From assembly GCF_009914755.1 (NCBI RefSeq), contig NC_060937.1: 64,000 nucleotides of DNA; one strand, 5' to 3'. Source of the stretch: the human T2T-CHM13v2.0 reference genome, Homo sapiens. The position numbers and the translations under genes are program-made. This document shows, in pieces, positions 23,700-36,984 of the stretch; the first letter of the stretch is position 1, and each line of letters begins with the position of its first letter. Under the pieces are notes generated by a model, which saw only the letters and a list, made by a program, of their open reading frames with translations, had not been told where the DNA came from and did not search any database.

Positions 23700-26630
23700 G
23701 GGTCCCCCTCCACTGTCATGTCCCACATTTCAGTGGAAAGGCTTCTGAGATTTCCCCATTTGGTGTGAGGTCGTGTCCCAGATTTCAGTGGAAAGGTTTC
23801 TGAGCTTTCCCCATTCGGTATGAGGTTAGCTATGGTTTTGTCATCAACAGGCTCTACCATTTTGAGGTATGTTCCTCTATACCCAATCTGTTGAGTTTTT
23901 GTCATGAGGGATGCTGAATTGTATCAAATGCTTTTCCAGCACTGACTGAAATAATCATGGTTTTTGTTCTGGGTTATATCCATGTGACCGATCACATTTA
24001 TTGATGAGCAGGTATTAAACCATCCCTGCATTCCTGGATGAGTCCCACCTGTCATGCTGAATGGTCTTTCTAATGTGCTGCTGGCATCTGCTTGCTGGTG
24101 TCTTGCTGAGGACTTTTGTGTCTGTGTTCATCAGAGACATTGGCCTTTAGTTTTCTTTTTGTGTTGTGTCCTTGTCTGGTTTGGGTATCAGGTAACACTA
24201 ACCTCACTGCTTGAGTTTGGAAGTATCCCCTTCTCTCCATTTGTTTGGATTAGTTTGAATATAATTGGTATTAGTTCTTTAAATGTTTGAATGATCCATC
24301 AGGGCCTGGGCTTTTTCTTTGCTGGGAGATTTTTTGTTCTGATTTCTACGTCTGTTCAGGTTCTGTTTCTTTATGGCCCCACCTTGGTAGGTTGTATGTG
24401 TCCAGGAATTTATAAAATTTCTCTAGGTTTTCTAATGTATTGGTGTATAGCTGTTCATAATAGTCTCTAGTGAGCCTTTGTATTTCTGTGCTATCAGTTA
24501 TAATGTTTCTTTTTCCATCCTTGATTTTATTTATTGGGGTCTTATCTTTTTTTTTTCTTAGTCTAGCTAGAGCTTTGTCAATTTTATCTTTTCAAAAAAA
24601 TCAGCTTTTCATTGTGTTGATCTTTTGTCTCTTTTGTCTCAATTTCATTCATTTCTGCTCGGATCTTTGTTATTTCTTTCCTTCTACTAATTTGGGGGTT
24701 GGCTTCTTGATTTTCCAGTTCCTTGTGGTGCATCACTAGGTTGTTTACTTGAAGTCTTTCTACTTCTATGACATAGGCATTCATTGCTATAAATGTCCCT
24801 CTTAGCACTGCTTTTGCTGTATCCCATAGGTTTTGGTATGTTATGTTTCCATTTTCATTTGTTTCAAGAAATTTTAAATTTTCCCTCTTAATTTCTTCCC
24901 TGACCCACTGGTCATTCGGGAGCATGTTGTTTAATTTCCATGTGTTTGCATAGTTTCCAAAGTTCCTCTTGCTATGGTTTCTAGTTTTTTTGATTGTGTT
25001 GAGAAAAGAGACTTGATATAATTTTGACGTTTTTTAATTTTTTGAGATTGTTTTGTGAGCTAACCTATAGTCTATCCTGGAGAATGTTCCACTTGCCAAT
25101 GAGAATAATGTGTATTCTGCAGCTGTTGGATGAAATATTCTGTTAATGTTTGTCAGGCTCTTTTGGCCTAGAGTATAGTTTAACTCCAATGCTTCTTGTT
25201 GATTTTTCTGCCTGGATGACCTTCCCGTTGCTGAAAGTGGGGTGTGAAGTCCCCTACTATTATTGTATTACAGTCTGTCTCTCTCTTTAGATATATTAAT
25301 ATTTGCTTTATATATATCGGGGTGCTCTGGTACTGGGTGCATATATATTTACTATTGTTATATCACCTTGCTGAATTGACCTCCTTTTGTAGCCCTCATA
25401 AGGCTTATGAAAAACATTCAGTAGTTATAACAAGTTATTAAAACTGATACCAACTTACCTTTGATTGTAAAAAAAAGAGACAAAACCATGTACATGTTAA
25501 CTCTCTTCTCCTCCCATATTTTGAATTTTTGGTGTCACAATTTATATTTTGATATTGCCTATCTCCTAACTAATTGTTGTGGTTATTATTTTATTAATTG
25601 TGTCTTTCATTCTTCTTACAAAAGATAGAAGTGGTTTACACACCATAATTACAGTATTAGTATGACAATCACATTAGCATCCTTTTCCTTTGGTTTGAAG
25701 AACTCCCTTTAGGGCTTCTTGTAGGACAGGTGTGGTAGTGATGAGTCTCCTCAGCTTTTGTTTGTCTGAGAAAGCTGCCATCTCTCCTTCATTTCTGAAT
25801 GATAGCTTTGCTGGGTACGCTATTTTTAGTTGACAACTGTTTTCCTTTAGCACTCTGAATATATCATCCCACTCCCTCCTGGCCTATAAGGTTTCTGCTG
25901 AGAAGGTGCTGCTAGGTATATTGGATCTCCCCGAAATGTTGTTTGCTTCTTTTCTCTTGCTGCTTTTGACATCATCTCTTTGATCTTTGAGAGTTTTTTG
26001 ATTATAGTATGTCTTATTCTTATTTGGGTTGAATCTGATTGGTGACCTTTGACCTTCCTGTACCTGAATATTTCTATCTTTCTCCAGGTTGGAAAGTTTG
26101 CTGTTACTTATTTGAATAGGTCTTCTTCTGCCTTGTTTTTCTCAATTCCCTTTTTAACTCTGATAGCTTGAATATTTGTTCTTTTGATGTTGTCCCATAG
26201 ATCTTGTAAGCTTTCTTCATTTCTTTTCATTTTTTTTCTTTTTTCTTCTCTGTGTATTTTCAAATACTCTTGTCTTTGAGCTCACTGATTCCTCCTTCTA
26301 TTTGATCAGTTCTGCTACTAATGCTCTCTCTTTCATTTTTGCATTTCATTCACTGTATTTTTCTGCTCTAAGATTTCCATTTGATTTTTTCTATTACTTC
26401 AATCTGTTAACTTTCTCTGATAAATTTGTAAATTCAGTCTCTGTTTTCTTGAAGTTCATTGAGCTTCCTGAAAACAGCTATTTTGAATCCTTTGTCTGAG
26501 AGATCACACATCTCCATCATCATGTTAGGGCCCGTCTCTCGCACCTTATTTTATCCATTTCGTAAGGTCACATTTGCCTGAATGTTCTTGGTGCTTGTGG
26601 ATGTATGATAATGTCTGAATCCCAAGAGTC
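23700..26630 (-). mobile_element. Degenerate L1M element: ORF2 (EN-to-RT part), inter-ORF and ORF1 region
   Basis: Minus-strand peptides [42 protein letters not shown] and GTYLKMVEPVDDKTIANLIPNGE..FPLKSGTR match L1 ORF2p. AT-rich, with many stops. Confidence 0.92.
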
Positions 26631-26714
26631 CCACAGAGAGACTTTTGACTGTGCATAGGTACAGAATTCTTGTTGTTGTGGGAAATATGAGCAGGTTACC
26701 TTCAATTCCACCAC

Positions 26715-27103
26715 TCAATAAACTAAACATAGCATTACCATATGATCCACCAATTTCACTCCTAGGTATATACTTAAAAGAATTGAAAACTGGTGTGCAA
26801 ATCAAAACAAACACGAATGTTCATAGCAGCACTATTCACAATAGTCCAAAAAGGTGAAAACAACCCAAATGTCCATCAACACATGAACGGATAAACAAAA
26901 TGTGATATGTCATTTGTGGCTGCCAGGAGATGGGAAGTGATTACTTAAAGGATGTTCTTCTGGGGTGATTACAAAGTGTTGAAACTAGAGAGGGATGATG
27001 GCTGCACAGCATTGTAAATGTGCTAAATGCCACTGAATCGTACACTTTAAAATTCTTAAAATGCTGAATTTCATGTTATGTGTATTTTGCAACTTAAAAA
27101 AAA
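26715..27103 (+). mobile_element. L1MB-type 3' end fragment (sense)
   Basis: LNIALPYDPPISLLGIYLKEL (ORF2 C-terminus), then atgttcatagcagcactattcacaatag...gatggctgcacagcattgtaaatgt... and an A-rich tail. Confidence 0.85.
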
Positions 27104-27721
27104 CATGTTTACCTAAGTATTGATAGAGGCAACATTGGCAAATGTGAATGTGTTTAGTACACATGCATCACATTCTACCTGACATCCTTTTTTGGAGCAA
27201 GAAAGGGTATAAATAAATACTTCTTTTAGAGCTTATATTTAATTGTATTATTTTTATTTATGCATTTTGTTGGGCTATAATATACACTCAGTAAATAGAG
27301 CTCACACGTTTAGATATGTGCACAGCCACACAGTCAGTACCGAGACCGAGGCGCGGGCTCCCCCGCTCCAGAATCTCCTCTCATATCCCGCCCCACCTAA
27401 AGCTTAGCACTCTTCAGAGTTCTAGAGTCACCCTATTCTTACATCTCAGCTCAACAGAACCATGCAGTATGTACTTCATCTGCTGCTCTAGTAGGGGGTT
27501 AAAGGTGATGCTATTATTCTACCTTTCATTTTAATTCATGAAATGAAATAATTTTATAAGCGGAATTTACTATTTAGTAACCCATCAGTGAAGTTCACAC
27601 AGGAAAGTCAGGATAAATGCTTGATTATTCCCTTTTATTTACTGGGTTTTCAAATAATGACTTGGCTACCTATCATCCTCCATTGGTGAATAATTTGGGG
27701 CTTTTCAGTAATTTTCTGCAA

Positions 27722-28075
27722 TTATTTTTTATTGAGATGTAATTCACATATCATACAATTCACCCTTTAAGTGTAAACACAGTGGTTTTTAGTATATTCA
27801 CAGAGCTATAAAACCATCACCACTAACTCCAGAGAATTTTCATGACCCGAAAAAGAAACCCCATACCCATTCCCACTCCCATCTCCCCTCCCTACAGTCC
27901 CTGGCATCCATTAATCCACCTTCTATCACTACAGATTTGCCTGTCCTGAACATCTCACAGAAATGGAATCACACATGTGGCCTCCTGCACCTGGCTTCCT
28001 TGATGCAGCCTCATGTTTTCTAGATTTTTCCATGCTGTAGTCTCAGGGCTTCACTCCTTCCTGCGGCTGATTAAT
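27722..28075 (-). mobile_element. L1MB-type 3' UTR fragment
   Basis: ttattgagatgtaattcacatatcatacaattcaccctttaagtgta...gtggtttttagtatattcacagag...aaaaagaaaccccataccc. Confidence 0.85.
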
Positions 28076-28214
28076 GGAGACTTGTTTATGTCATGCACAC
28101 ACCTTCACATGCGTCCACTCACACTCACAAGTCATCAAAGAGCTCAAGCAGCAGGCAAGGCTCAGGAGAGGCACTCTGAGGGACAGGATGATGGGCCCGG
28201 CTGTTTCCAAAACC

Positions 28215-28330
28215 AGGTGGCTTGGGGCGACTCATCCAACCTCTCCAGGCCTCAGTTTCCCCATCTGTAAGCTGAGTGGCTGGGCCTCAGGTGACCCTGG
28301 GTCTCTTTCCAACTCCACAATTCTGTGATT
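28215..28330 (+). mobile_element. MIR fragment
   Basis: MIR core aacctctccaggcctcagtttccccatctgtaa. Confidence 0.6.
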
Positions 28331-28534
28331 TGAGCAAATAAGTCCAATCCTGAGTTTTGTCTCACTTTCTAATCCAGTAAAAGTTAAGCTATTGTGTTTA
28401 CTTGACTCAGCAGAGTGTGTGGGGGCAGAGCAATTATGACATAAAACCACGATCCTCTTTGGTACTACAAGCTAATCAACGTTAATTTTTCACACAACGA
28501 CTGGCAAAATCTGCCTACAGGAAGATGCCACCCT

Positions 28535-28697
28535 GGGTGGCACTGGTGTGCCGGGAGGGGGTGCTCTCCAGGTGGCCCTGGCGGCATCGGTGTGCTGGGA
28601 AGGGGGTGCTCTCTGGGTGGCCTGGGTGGCATCGGTGTGCCGGAAAAGGGGTGCTCTCCAGGTGGCCCTGGCGGCATCGGTGTGCTGGGAAGGGAGT
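28535..28697. repeat. Short VNTR, ~45-bp unit, ~3.5 copies
   Basis: ggtggccctggcggcatcggtgtgctgggaagggggtgctctcca repeated. Confidence 0.88.
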
Positions 28698-31420
28698 GCG
28701 CAGGCCCACCCCGGCGTGCTGCCTGGGAGTCCACGTTCTCGAAAATGCAGGGTGACCCTGGCGCAGGATTGGGTCTGAGAGCTGCTCACCGACCCATGCC
28801 TCCTCTAGCAAATCGCCTCTCTCACAGTCACCTCAACAGCATCTCAGCCGTTGTCCGACACTGGGTGATTCTGCACGCCCGGCTCGGAACCCTGTGCATT
28901 GCCCATCTGTGAGCCGACCTCCTGCCTGAAGCCACCTTCTCATAGCGCTCAGTACTGGGGACCCTGGCCGGGAAGTTTGCACAGAGTATGAGCTCTGGCT
29001 GACCATCCATGTCCTGGGTACAACTCACCCTCCTCCGTGATTCAAACTGTTCCAGCCTGGGATAACCCGATTGCTCCTATGGGAACAACTGCTCCTTTCC
29101 AGCCAAATGACCCATTTCCCAAACGCCTTCCCTTTCCATTCTCTAAATACTGTAGCACCACACTGACTAGCGTGCGGGTCTCCACCACAGTTATGACCAC
29201 CCTTCCCTCCTCGTCCCCCAAAGCACTCAACAGCTCTCCAGCACCCACCGAATGAAGCACTGACCCTTCAGCCAGGCTCTGGAGCCCCTACAAGCAACGT
29301 CCGTCTGTGTCCAGGCCGATCTCGCTGCTCCCTCGGACGTACTCGCCCTACACCCCAGCCAAACGCACTCCGTGTTTGCCAACATGTGCGCCTTTGAACA
29401 TGCGTTCTCTCCGCCTGCAGTGCCCTCCTCTGTGTCTCAATCCTTCCCGTGCACCAGGCCACTCTGAGTCTGCTCCTCCACGAGGCTCCCAGATCACCCC
29501 CAAAGCCACCACACCTGTCCCTGAGTGTTCATGGCGTCACAGTTGTCACTGAGGCTGTGGCACTTCCCCTTCCACCAGGCACAGCAGCTATGGTTGTGTG
29601 CACACATCCCCTCCTGAACCGAGCAGTTCTCCGCAGATATGGGCTGACCAAATGAGCATCTTTAGAGCTAACTGGGAACTGTCCAGGGGCGAGAGGCCTG
29701 GGTGGTCTTAGTACTGTCACTCATCTCTGCTTCAGTTAACTTGAGCAATAAAATACCCTGCAGATAAGGTCAGACGGCAGGTGCCAGTGTGTCCTGAAAA
29801 GCCGCAAGTCTACAAGCAGCCGGCAACCTGCCCGGCTATGCTGTGTGCATCCCCACAGGGCGCCAGGAGCAAACACCCAAACACCCATCCTATTCCCGAT
29901 TCAGGGCAATGGTCCAAAAGACGCCATCGCTGCTACATGAGACAGAACGTCACAGCGAAGAGGCAGGCAGCAAATAGATGCCTCAGGGCGTTTCTCAAAG
30001 AAAGGCATGATGCAGCCTGAAAACCCCACCAGAAGTGTCTTCCTGAAGCATCTAAACGCCCTCTGAGTTCCTTCTCCCAGAAGAGAGCAGTTACATGAAG
30101 CAGCAATCACAGAACGGAAGTGCCCGGCCACAAAGGCTGCCGTCCTTCTCCTCGTCCCAGTCCATCTTACAGAATGGCTCCCCTCTGCAGGGCCACACAG
30201 TTGCCCGGGATGCAGACGCTGAGACGGGAGCTGATGTGCAGGTTTCTAGGGCAAGAGGCGGGAGAGAGTGGGCAGCCGACAGGACGGGGGACGCAGCCTA
30301 TGCGGAGTGGATGCCTCAGGAAGGCCCTGCCTGGGTCTCAAGGCCCCACCATGGGGTCTTGTCTCATTCGTGACCCTGTGCACGCCGTGCAGCAGTGCAG
30401 ACGGCCGGGGCCCCACCACAGGGGGTCCAGGGAGACCACCAGCGAGAGAGTGGATACCCCTGGGAACAAAGCGGGCCCAGATGGAGACCTCAGACAAAGG
30501 CAGCTCTCAGCCCTCAGCTGAGCACGCCGAGGGGCTACAGCCCCCATCCAGGCCCAGGCCGGCTGCCAGCACAGAGAGGCCCAAGTGGACCCCAGGGCCA
30601 AAACCCCAAGTCTGGGGGCTGCAGGGGAGCACGGCACCTGGCTAAAGACACAGCACACAGGGCTACAGCGGGCAGCCTGTGGTCAACAGCTCATCAGCGA
30701 CGAGCCAGGCCCAGCCAAGACAGCAGGAAAAAAAATCAAACGGGAGGCCATGCCCTCTACCCTGGGGGCAGAGCTGAGAGGACAGAGAACAGGCGGACAA
30801 GGCAACAGGGACCCAGGTGCGGGTCAGCAGGCGCTAAGGATCCCAGGGTCCGCGTGCCCAGCCAGGCCTCACACCAGCGACATCCAGGGGTCTGCACCAG
30901 AGCCATGGGGGAACAGAGACACGAACAGGTGAAAGTTCAGCAGGGCTGCAGGCGCCCAGGCCAGCCCTGAGGCAGAGACGTGAACAGGCGAAAGTGCAGC
31001 AGGGCTGCAGCCCTGAGACCTGGTGGGCTGGGGTCAGGACGTTAAGGGTGTGTGTGTGTGGAATGGGGCTGGCCGGCCCCCTCCCAACAAGATGTAGGAA
31101 ACCCCATGGCCGGGATGAGGGGAGGCAGGAAGGGCAAGGGGCATGGAGGCCGGCTGAGAGTCCAGAGGAGAGACCAGCCCAGACCCAGGGAAGAAGGAAC
31201 CCCGTGGGATGTCCCAGACAGCAAGGAGAGAGGCAGTGGAAGGCACAAGGGCGGGAGAAAGACCTCAGAAGGGATTTAAAGAATGAAGAAATAAAAGCTC
31301 TGAAATTTATTTTAACAGAGCTTTGGGCTACACTCTAACCTTTGCTTCAGCAGCACAAGAAAAAGAGGCTGCACAGAGTGGCCCTGCAGGCCAGAAGGCA
31401 GCAACGCCCACTGATGCCGG

Positions 31421-31615
31421 ACCACAGCAGTCGGGGCCCGGCCACCCGAGCCCCCCAGACCACAGCAGTCGGGGCCCGGCCACCCGAGCCCCCCAGACCA
31501 CAGCAGTCGGGGCCCGGCCACCCGAGCCCCCCAGACCACAGCAGTCGGGGCCCGGCCACCCGAGCCCCCCAGACCACAGCAGTCGGGGCCCGGCCACCCG
31601 AGCCCCCCAGACCAC
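31421..31615. repeat. VNTR, 38-bp unit ACCACAGCAGTCGGGGCCCGGCCACCCGAGCCCCCCAG, ~5 identical copies
   Basis: Direct inspection. Confidence 0.95.
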
Positions 31616-32017
31616 CCCTCCTTTTCTCAAGGTCAGAACAGCAGTGAAGGTCAGAGCCAGAAGCACAGCAGACGCTCCCAAGCCACAGGCAGCTGCTGAG
31701 GCCTGAGCCGGGGACGAAGCTCCTCCCTGCATGGGGACACGCGGGGCTGCAGCCACTCCCAGGCCTCCATCACACAGGGACGGTACAGAAATAGCGTGTC
31801 TTGTGGGTGGGTGCTGGGTCGGGGAGGGAGGGCGACTGCCTCTCCCTTTCCAGGCACATTTGGATTCCCCGGGGTGTCCGGGAATGACTCAGGCCTCTGG
31901 TCAGCGCTTCTCAGACCTGTGTTCACACAGCGCGTCTCCCTCCTTTCCCTCCCTGCCTGGGACCTAAGTACGGCTCTGTTTAAAACTGGCCCAAATGCAG
32001 GGTCAGCGCCTGAGATG

Positions 32018-33425
32018 CAGCCCCCACAGCAGCCCCCCCACAGCCCCCCACAGCAGCCCCCCCACAGCCCCCACACAGCCCCCACAGCAGCCCCCCCACA
32101 GCCCCCCCACAGCCCCCCACAGCCCCCCCAGCAGCCCCCACAGCAGCCCCCCCACAGCACCCCCCACAGCAGCCCCCCCACAGCCCCCACAGCACCCCCC
32201 ACAGCAGCCCCCCCACAGCCCCCACAGCAGCCCCCCACAGCCCCCCACAGCCCCCCACAGCCCCCCACAGCCCCCCACAGCAGCCCCCCCACAGCAGCCC
32301 CCACAGCCCCCCACAGCCCCCCACAGCCCCCCACAGCCCCCCACAGCAGCCCCCCCACAGCAGCCCCCACAGCCCCCCACAGCCCCCCACAGCCCCCCAC
32401 AGCCCCCACAGCAGCCCCCCCACAGCAGCCCCCACAGCCCCCCACAGCAGCCCCCCCACAGCAGCCCCCACAGCCCCCCACAGCAGCCCCCCCACAGCAG
32501 CCCCCCCACAGCCCCCCCACAGCCCCCACAGCAGCCCCCCACAGCCCCCACAGCAGCCCCCCACAGCAGCCCCCCGTAGCCCCCACCCCACAGCCCCCCA
32601 CAGCCCCCCACAGCCCCCACAGCCCCCCCACATCAGCCCCCCCACAGCCCCCACAGCAGCCCCCCCACAGCCCCCCACAGCACCCCCCACAGCCCCCACA
32701 GCAGCCCCCCCACATCAGCCCCCCCACAGCCCCCACAGCAGCCCCCCCACAGCCCCCCACAGCACCCCACAGCCCCCACAGCAGCCCCCCCACATCAGCC
32801 CCCCCACAGCCCCCCACAGCCCCCCCACAGCCCCCACAGCCCCCCACAGCCCCCCCACAGCCCCCACAGCAGCCCCCCCACAGCCCCCCACAGCCCCCCC
32901 ACAGCCCCCACAGCAGCCCCCCCACAGCCCCCCCACAGCCCCCCACAGCAGCCCCCCCACAGCAGCCCCCCCACAGCCCCCCCACAGCCCCCCCACAGCA
33001 GCCCCCCCGTAGCCCCCCACAGCAGCCCCCCCACATCAGCCCCCCCACAGCCCCCCACAGCCCCCCCACAGCCCCCACAGCCCCCCACAGCCCCCCCACA
33101 GCCCCCACAGCAGCCCCCCCACAGCCCCCCACAGCCCCCACAGCAGCCCCCCCACAGCCCCCCCACAGCCCCCCACAGCAGCCCCCCCACAGCAGCCCCC
33201 CCACAGCCCCCCCACAGCCCCCCCACAGCAGCCCCCCCACAGCCCCCCACAGCAGCCCCCCCACAGCCCCCCCACAGCCCCCCACAGCAGCCCCCCCACA
33301 GCCCCCCACAGCAGCCCCCCCACAGCAGCCCCCCCACAGCCCCCCCACAGCCCCCCCACAGCAGCCCCCCCGTAGCCCCCCCACAGCCCCCCCACAGCCC
33401 CCCTGCAGCCCCCCACAGCCCCCAC
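32018..33425. repeat. C-rich minisatellite built from CAG, C5-C7 and ACA blocks (~9-14-bp units), 1.4 kb
   Basis: (cag)cccccc(c)aca repeated; source of the Pro-rich and Gly-rich 577-680-aa ORFs. Confidence 0.97.
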
Positions 33426-34356
33426 ATGCTCCACTCGATGCTCACACGCACAGTTTTATCTCCTTAACTCTAATGCTGTTTAAAAACTATTGTCCTAATC
33501 AAGCAAGAAAAACTGCAGGTTTGCAAAGCGTCTGCTCTGGAAGAGCGGCAGGCCAGGGTGGAGAGACCACACTGCCACACCTGAACACAGCAAGGCTTTC
33601 CAAACTCTGCGCAATAGGAAGACGCCGAATGGTAAATGGAGGAGCTCGCAGGAGACGCAGCTCTGACTCTGCCCCGCCCCGGCCCGCGGTGCTGAGGGCG
33701 CGCCGATGTGGATGCCTCTGTGCCAGCACCAGCGGCTGCCCCTCGGCCCCGACCCTCCCCACTGCGTCCTGGGGCACCCTCAGAGCTTCGGCCATGGGGT
33801 GCACAGCACCCTCCAAGCATTCTGAAAGGAGATTTTAGACTCTTGTGCGCAACACCCAGGAGCCGCCCGCCTGCAAAGCACTTGGTCAGCGTGGCCTGGA
33901 AAGGGGAGGAAGGTCCTGGAGGCAGGGCTCTGTCAGGCGGAGGACGTGATGCTCAGAGCAGCCAGGGACCCCCGTCTGGGCCCAGTCCCCCTGCGCTGCG
34001 CCCCACGGCTGGCTGGAAGTTTGTTCTGGAAACCACCTCCAAGACAAGTGCAGCAGCCGGCCCTAGCAGTTGGGAAGAAGGCGGCTGACGTGGCTTCCAT
34101 GGAAAATGCCAGAAAGCACATCCCACACCAGGACACCTGGGCAAACAGCCTCAACTCGGAAAATCCCAGGCTGGTTCGGTCTCTCTGCTGCCCGGACCTG
34201 TTTAAATGTCCAGCCGTTTGGGAACTGTGTACCCTTCGAGAAACACTCCAAGGCCCCAGGGACACCGGAAGCCGTGGAGCCCGGGCCCCGTGCGTCTGTG
34301 TTCTCGCCACCTGGAGAGGCTGCTAGTGACTGACAGGTGGACTGCGGGGCCTCAAC

Positions 34357-34470
34357 TGCTACTGAGAATGCCACACAATTTTAAAAACTCAGAAATTGCT
34401 TATTTTTAGAATTTTCCATTTAACATTTTTGGACCACGGCTGACCACATGTGACTGAAACCGCAGGTGAG
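34357..34470. mobile_element. MER8-like (TcMar-Tigger) DNA transposon fragment
   Basis: caatttaaaaactcagaaattgcttatttttagaattttccatttaacatttttggaccacggctgaccacatgtgactgaaaccgc resembles the MER8 consensus as I recall it. Confidence 0.65.
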
Positions 34471-36049
34471 GGGGTGAGCGTCAGCCTGTGTCAGGCTGGA
34501 CACACCTGGGGGCCTGAGGAGCAGCCGGGGGTGTAGGGACAGGGGCTCCCCACACCCACATGGATGGCCTGTGCAGTCACCAGCAAGGCGGGTTCTGCAG
34601 GCCTGTGTCCCGGCCAACGGCAGCCACCAAACCTCTCTGCACTTCTGTTACAGACAAGTCAGAGAGGCCCAGAAAAAGGGACCAAAATTGAAGAACCAGG
34701 GAATTTCAGAGGGAAGGGAAGGGAAAATCCAACTGGCAAGCAGACCCCTGGGCCATGTGCTAGGAAGGGGTTCTGCCCAGCGAGGTCTACCCCCAACCAG
34801 GACGGGTAGGCAGTGGCCCCAGCACCCCCTGCACCCCCACGGCCCACCAGGGGACTGCACCTCTACAGGAAGGACAGAGGCAGGAGGAACCCCTCAGGGC
34901 TGGAGAGTTGCCAGCCACTGCCCGTGCTGGGCCCCGCCCTGAGACAGTGTCTAAGCACCACCCCATGGACAATCCGAACCTGGAGGGGCCTGATCCCGGC
35001 CCTGACCCATGCCAGGGGCCCCAGCCGGCACTGCACGCCGGAGATCCGGGCTTTCCTTGGCAAACACGCTTGGCTGTCCTCGTTTCCAAGTCAGCCCTGT
35101 TGGTAAAACAGTGAAGCCAGCAGTGAAATACACGAAACCCGAACAGCCCCGGAGTTGGAACTGGAAGCTTCCAGGGAAGACGGCAGTGTCTAAGTGTCTC
35201 CCTTAACTGCTGTGGCTGCACCCGGGGTCCTGGGGGTGAGAGGCTTGTGGGCCCTGAAGTCACCTGCTGGATTCCAAAGTGGGCCATGCCAATGCCGTCT
35301 GGAAAACATACGGAAAATGTCATTCCCAGGAAATGTGGCACATCATTCACCCTGGACCACGGCACAAGGAAATCAACTCACCCTGGACCATGGCATAAAG
35401 ACAGACGGGGCCCTCTCATCAGAAAGTGGGGAGCGGGGGTCTCAGTTTCCAAGGACCCCACAAGCGACGTCTACAGGGTGAAAGACCCCGTGCCCAGCAC
35501 CGAAGGACCTGCCCGACACACAGTCCCCAGCCTTGAGCGGAGACCCCCAGACTGCATACAACTGTGCAAATGCACTTGACCTCCCTTTGGTTGTGAGTCA
35601 CAGGACTGTCTTAAAAAGAGTGTCTTCTTCCAGTGCCAGAAAACAGAGAGACGGGGGCTGTGAAGCACAGGATCCACAGCGGGCGGGTGGTAGGCGGGCA
35701 GCAGGTGGGCGGTAGGCGGGCAGTGGGCAGGCAGCGGGCTGAGAAGCAGAGCAGAGCCCCAGCCAGGAGCCCAGAGGGCGGCAGAGCAGCGGGCACCGAA
35801 CCAGACTGTCGGACCTGTGCTGGGGGAGAGCGAGAGTGAAGGAGGAAGAGAGACGGAGACAGAGAGACGGTGAGAGGGAGAGGGACAGAGAGGGAGTGAG
35901 AGCGCTTCCCACAAGAAGAACCAAGCTCAGGTCCCACCCTCCCCCAGAGCCTGGTGCAGCTGCGTGGGGCGGGCAGGAGGTGCGAGGGGCCCTGTCTCTG
36001 ACGTTTTGTGCCAGCACTGCCCTCTACACACAAACTCTCAGGAACCATC

Positions 36050-36140
36050 ACGACCCCATTTTGCAGGAGAAGATGCTGAGGCCCAGGGCGGTGAGCAGGC
36101 CACATGGCCGGTGGCAGGGGCAGAAGTGGGACTGCAGCCC
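36050..36140 (-). mobile_element. MIR fragment
   Basis: ccccattttgcaggagaagatgctgaggcccaggg...gccacatggcc...gtggcagg matches the antisense MIR core. Confidence 0.5.
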
Positions 36141-36984
36141 ACCAGGTGGTGTCACAGCCAAGGCTGCGGCGTCACTGCCTGTCCTGCCTCACCTACCCCC
36201 AGGGCGACGCTCCCGACTAAACCACCTCTGTCCTATGGTCTCCGGGGCTTCCTGACCCCTGGGGAGGGCGGCAAAGCCTGTGGAGGCTGGAGTCCTGTGG
36301 GCTGGGGACGACGGGAAGACCAAGTCGTCTGTATAATCGCCGTGGGCGCAGCCGGCAGTGCCACCCACCCACCCACAAGGCAACACGGGGCCTGAGTCCA
36401 GCCCCAGGCAGGTGGGCTCCCAGAGTTGGGGTCCCTGAACCAAACCACCCCTGCTGCTCGCTCACCCCTAAGAGTGAGGCTGCGATGCTGTCAGCCAAGG
36501 ACACTCACGTGGGCAGCTCCGGTGCAGCCGGCCCCAGGGGGAGAAATGCAGCTGTGGCTGTCGTGGAGGTGGCTGTGGCCAATGGCCGTGACTGTTGCTG
36601 TGTCTGGCAGAGAAGCCAGGTGCACTGGCTCTGTGCTTCAAGGAGACCTAGAGGGTCTCCCCCAAGTCCACCGGAAATGTGTGCACATTCGCCCTACCCC
36701 ACTGTGTACCTGGCCCAAGTCGGGAGAGATGCCCAAGAGACCACAGCCAGCCTCAGCACAGTGAAGGCTGCCCTGGCCCTTCGGGGTGTCTGGGAAGAGC
36801 CTGGCATTCTCTCTGGGGTAGCTCTCACCCTCGCAAAGCACAGAGAACACCAAGAGCCCCAGACACACACTACATCCAAAGGGAAGGTCGGGCGGCTCCC
36901 AGACGGGGGACGGGGGGACGGGGGACACAGAACCAAGCCGCCGAGGAGCACCTGACACCGGAGCCCGAGTCTCGGCTCAGCACC

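Noticed and set aside
23700-27103. Twin-priming inverted single L1 insertion
   Set aside because: The antisense piece ends in the RT region while the sense piece starts near the ORF2 C-terminus, a gap of over 1 kb, and no TSD was seen. Independent old insertions are more likely.
31651-33838. Keratin-associated-like (Gly/Cys) or extensin-like (Pro) ORFs
   Set aside because: These are translations of a low-complexity C-rich minisatellite with no codon-phase constraint (unit lengths vary by single bases).
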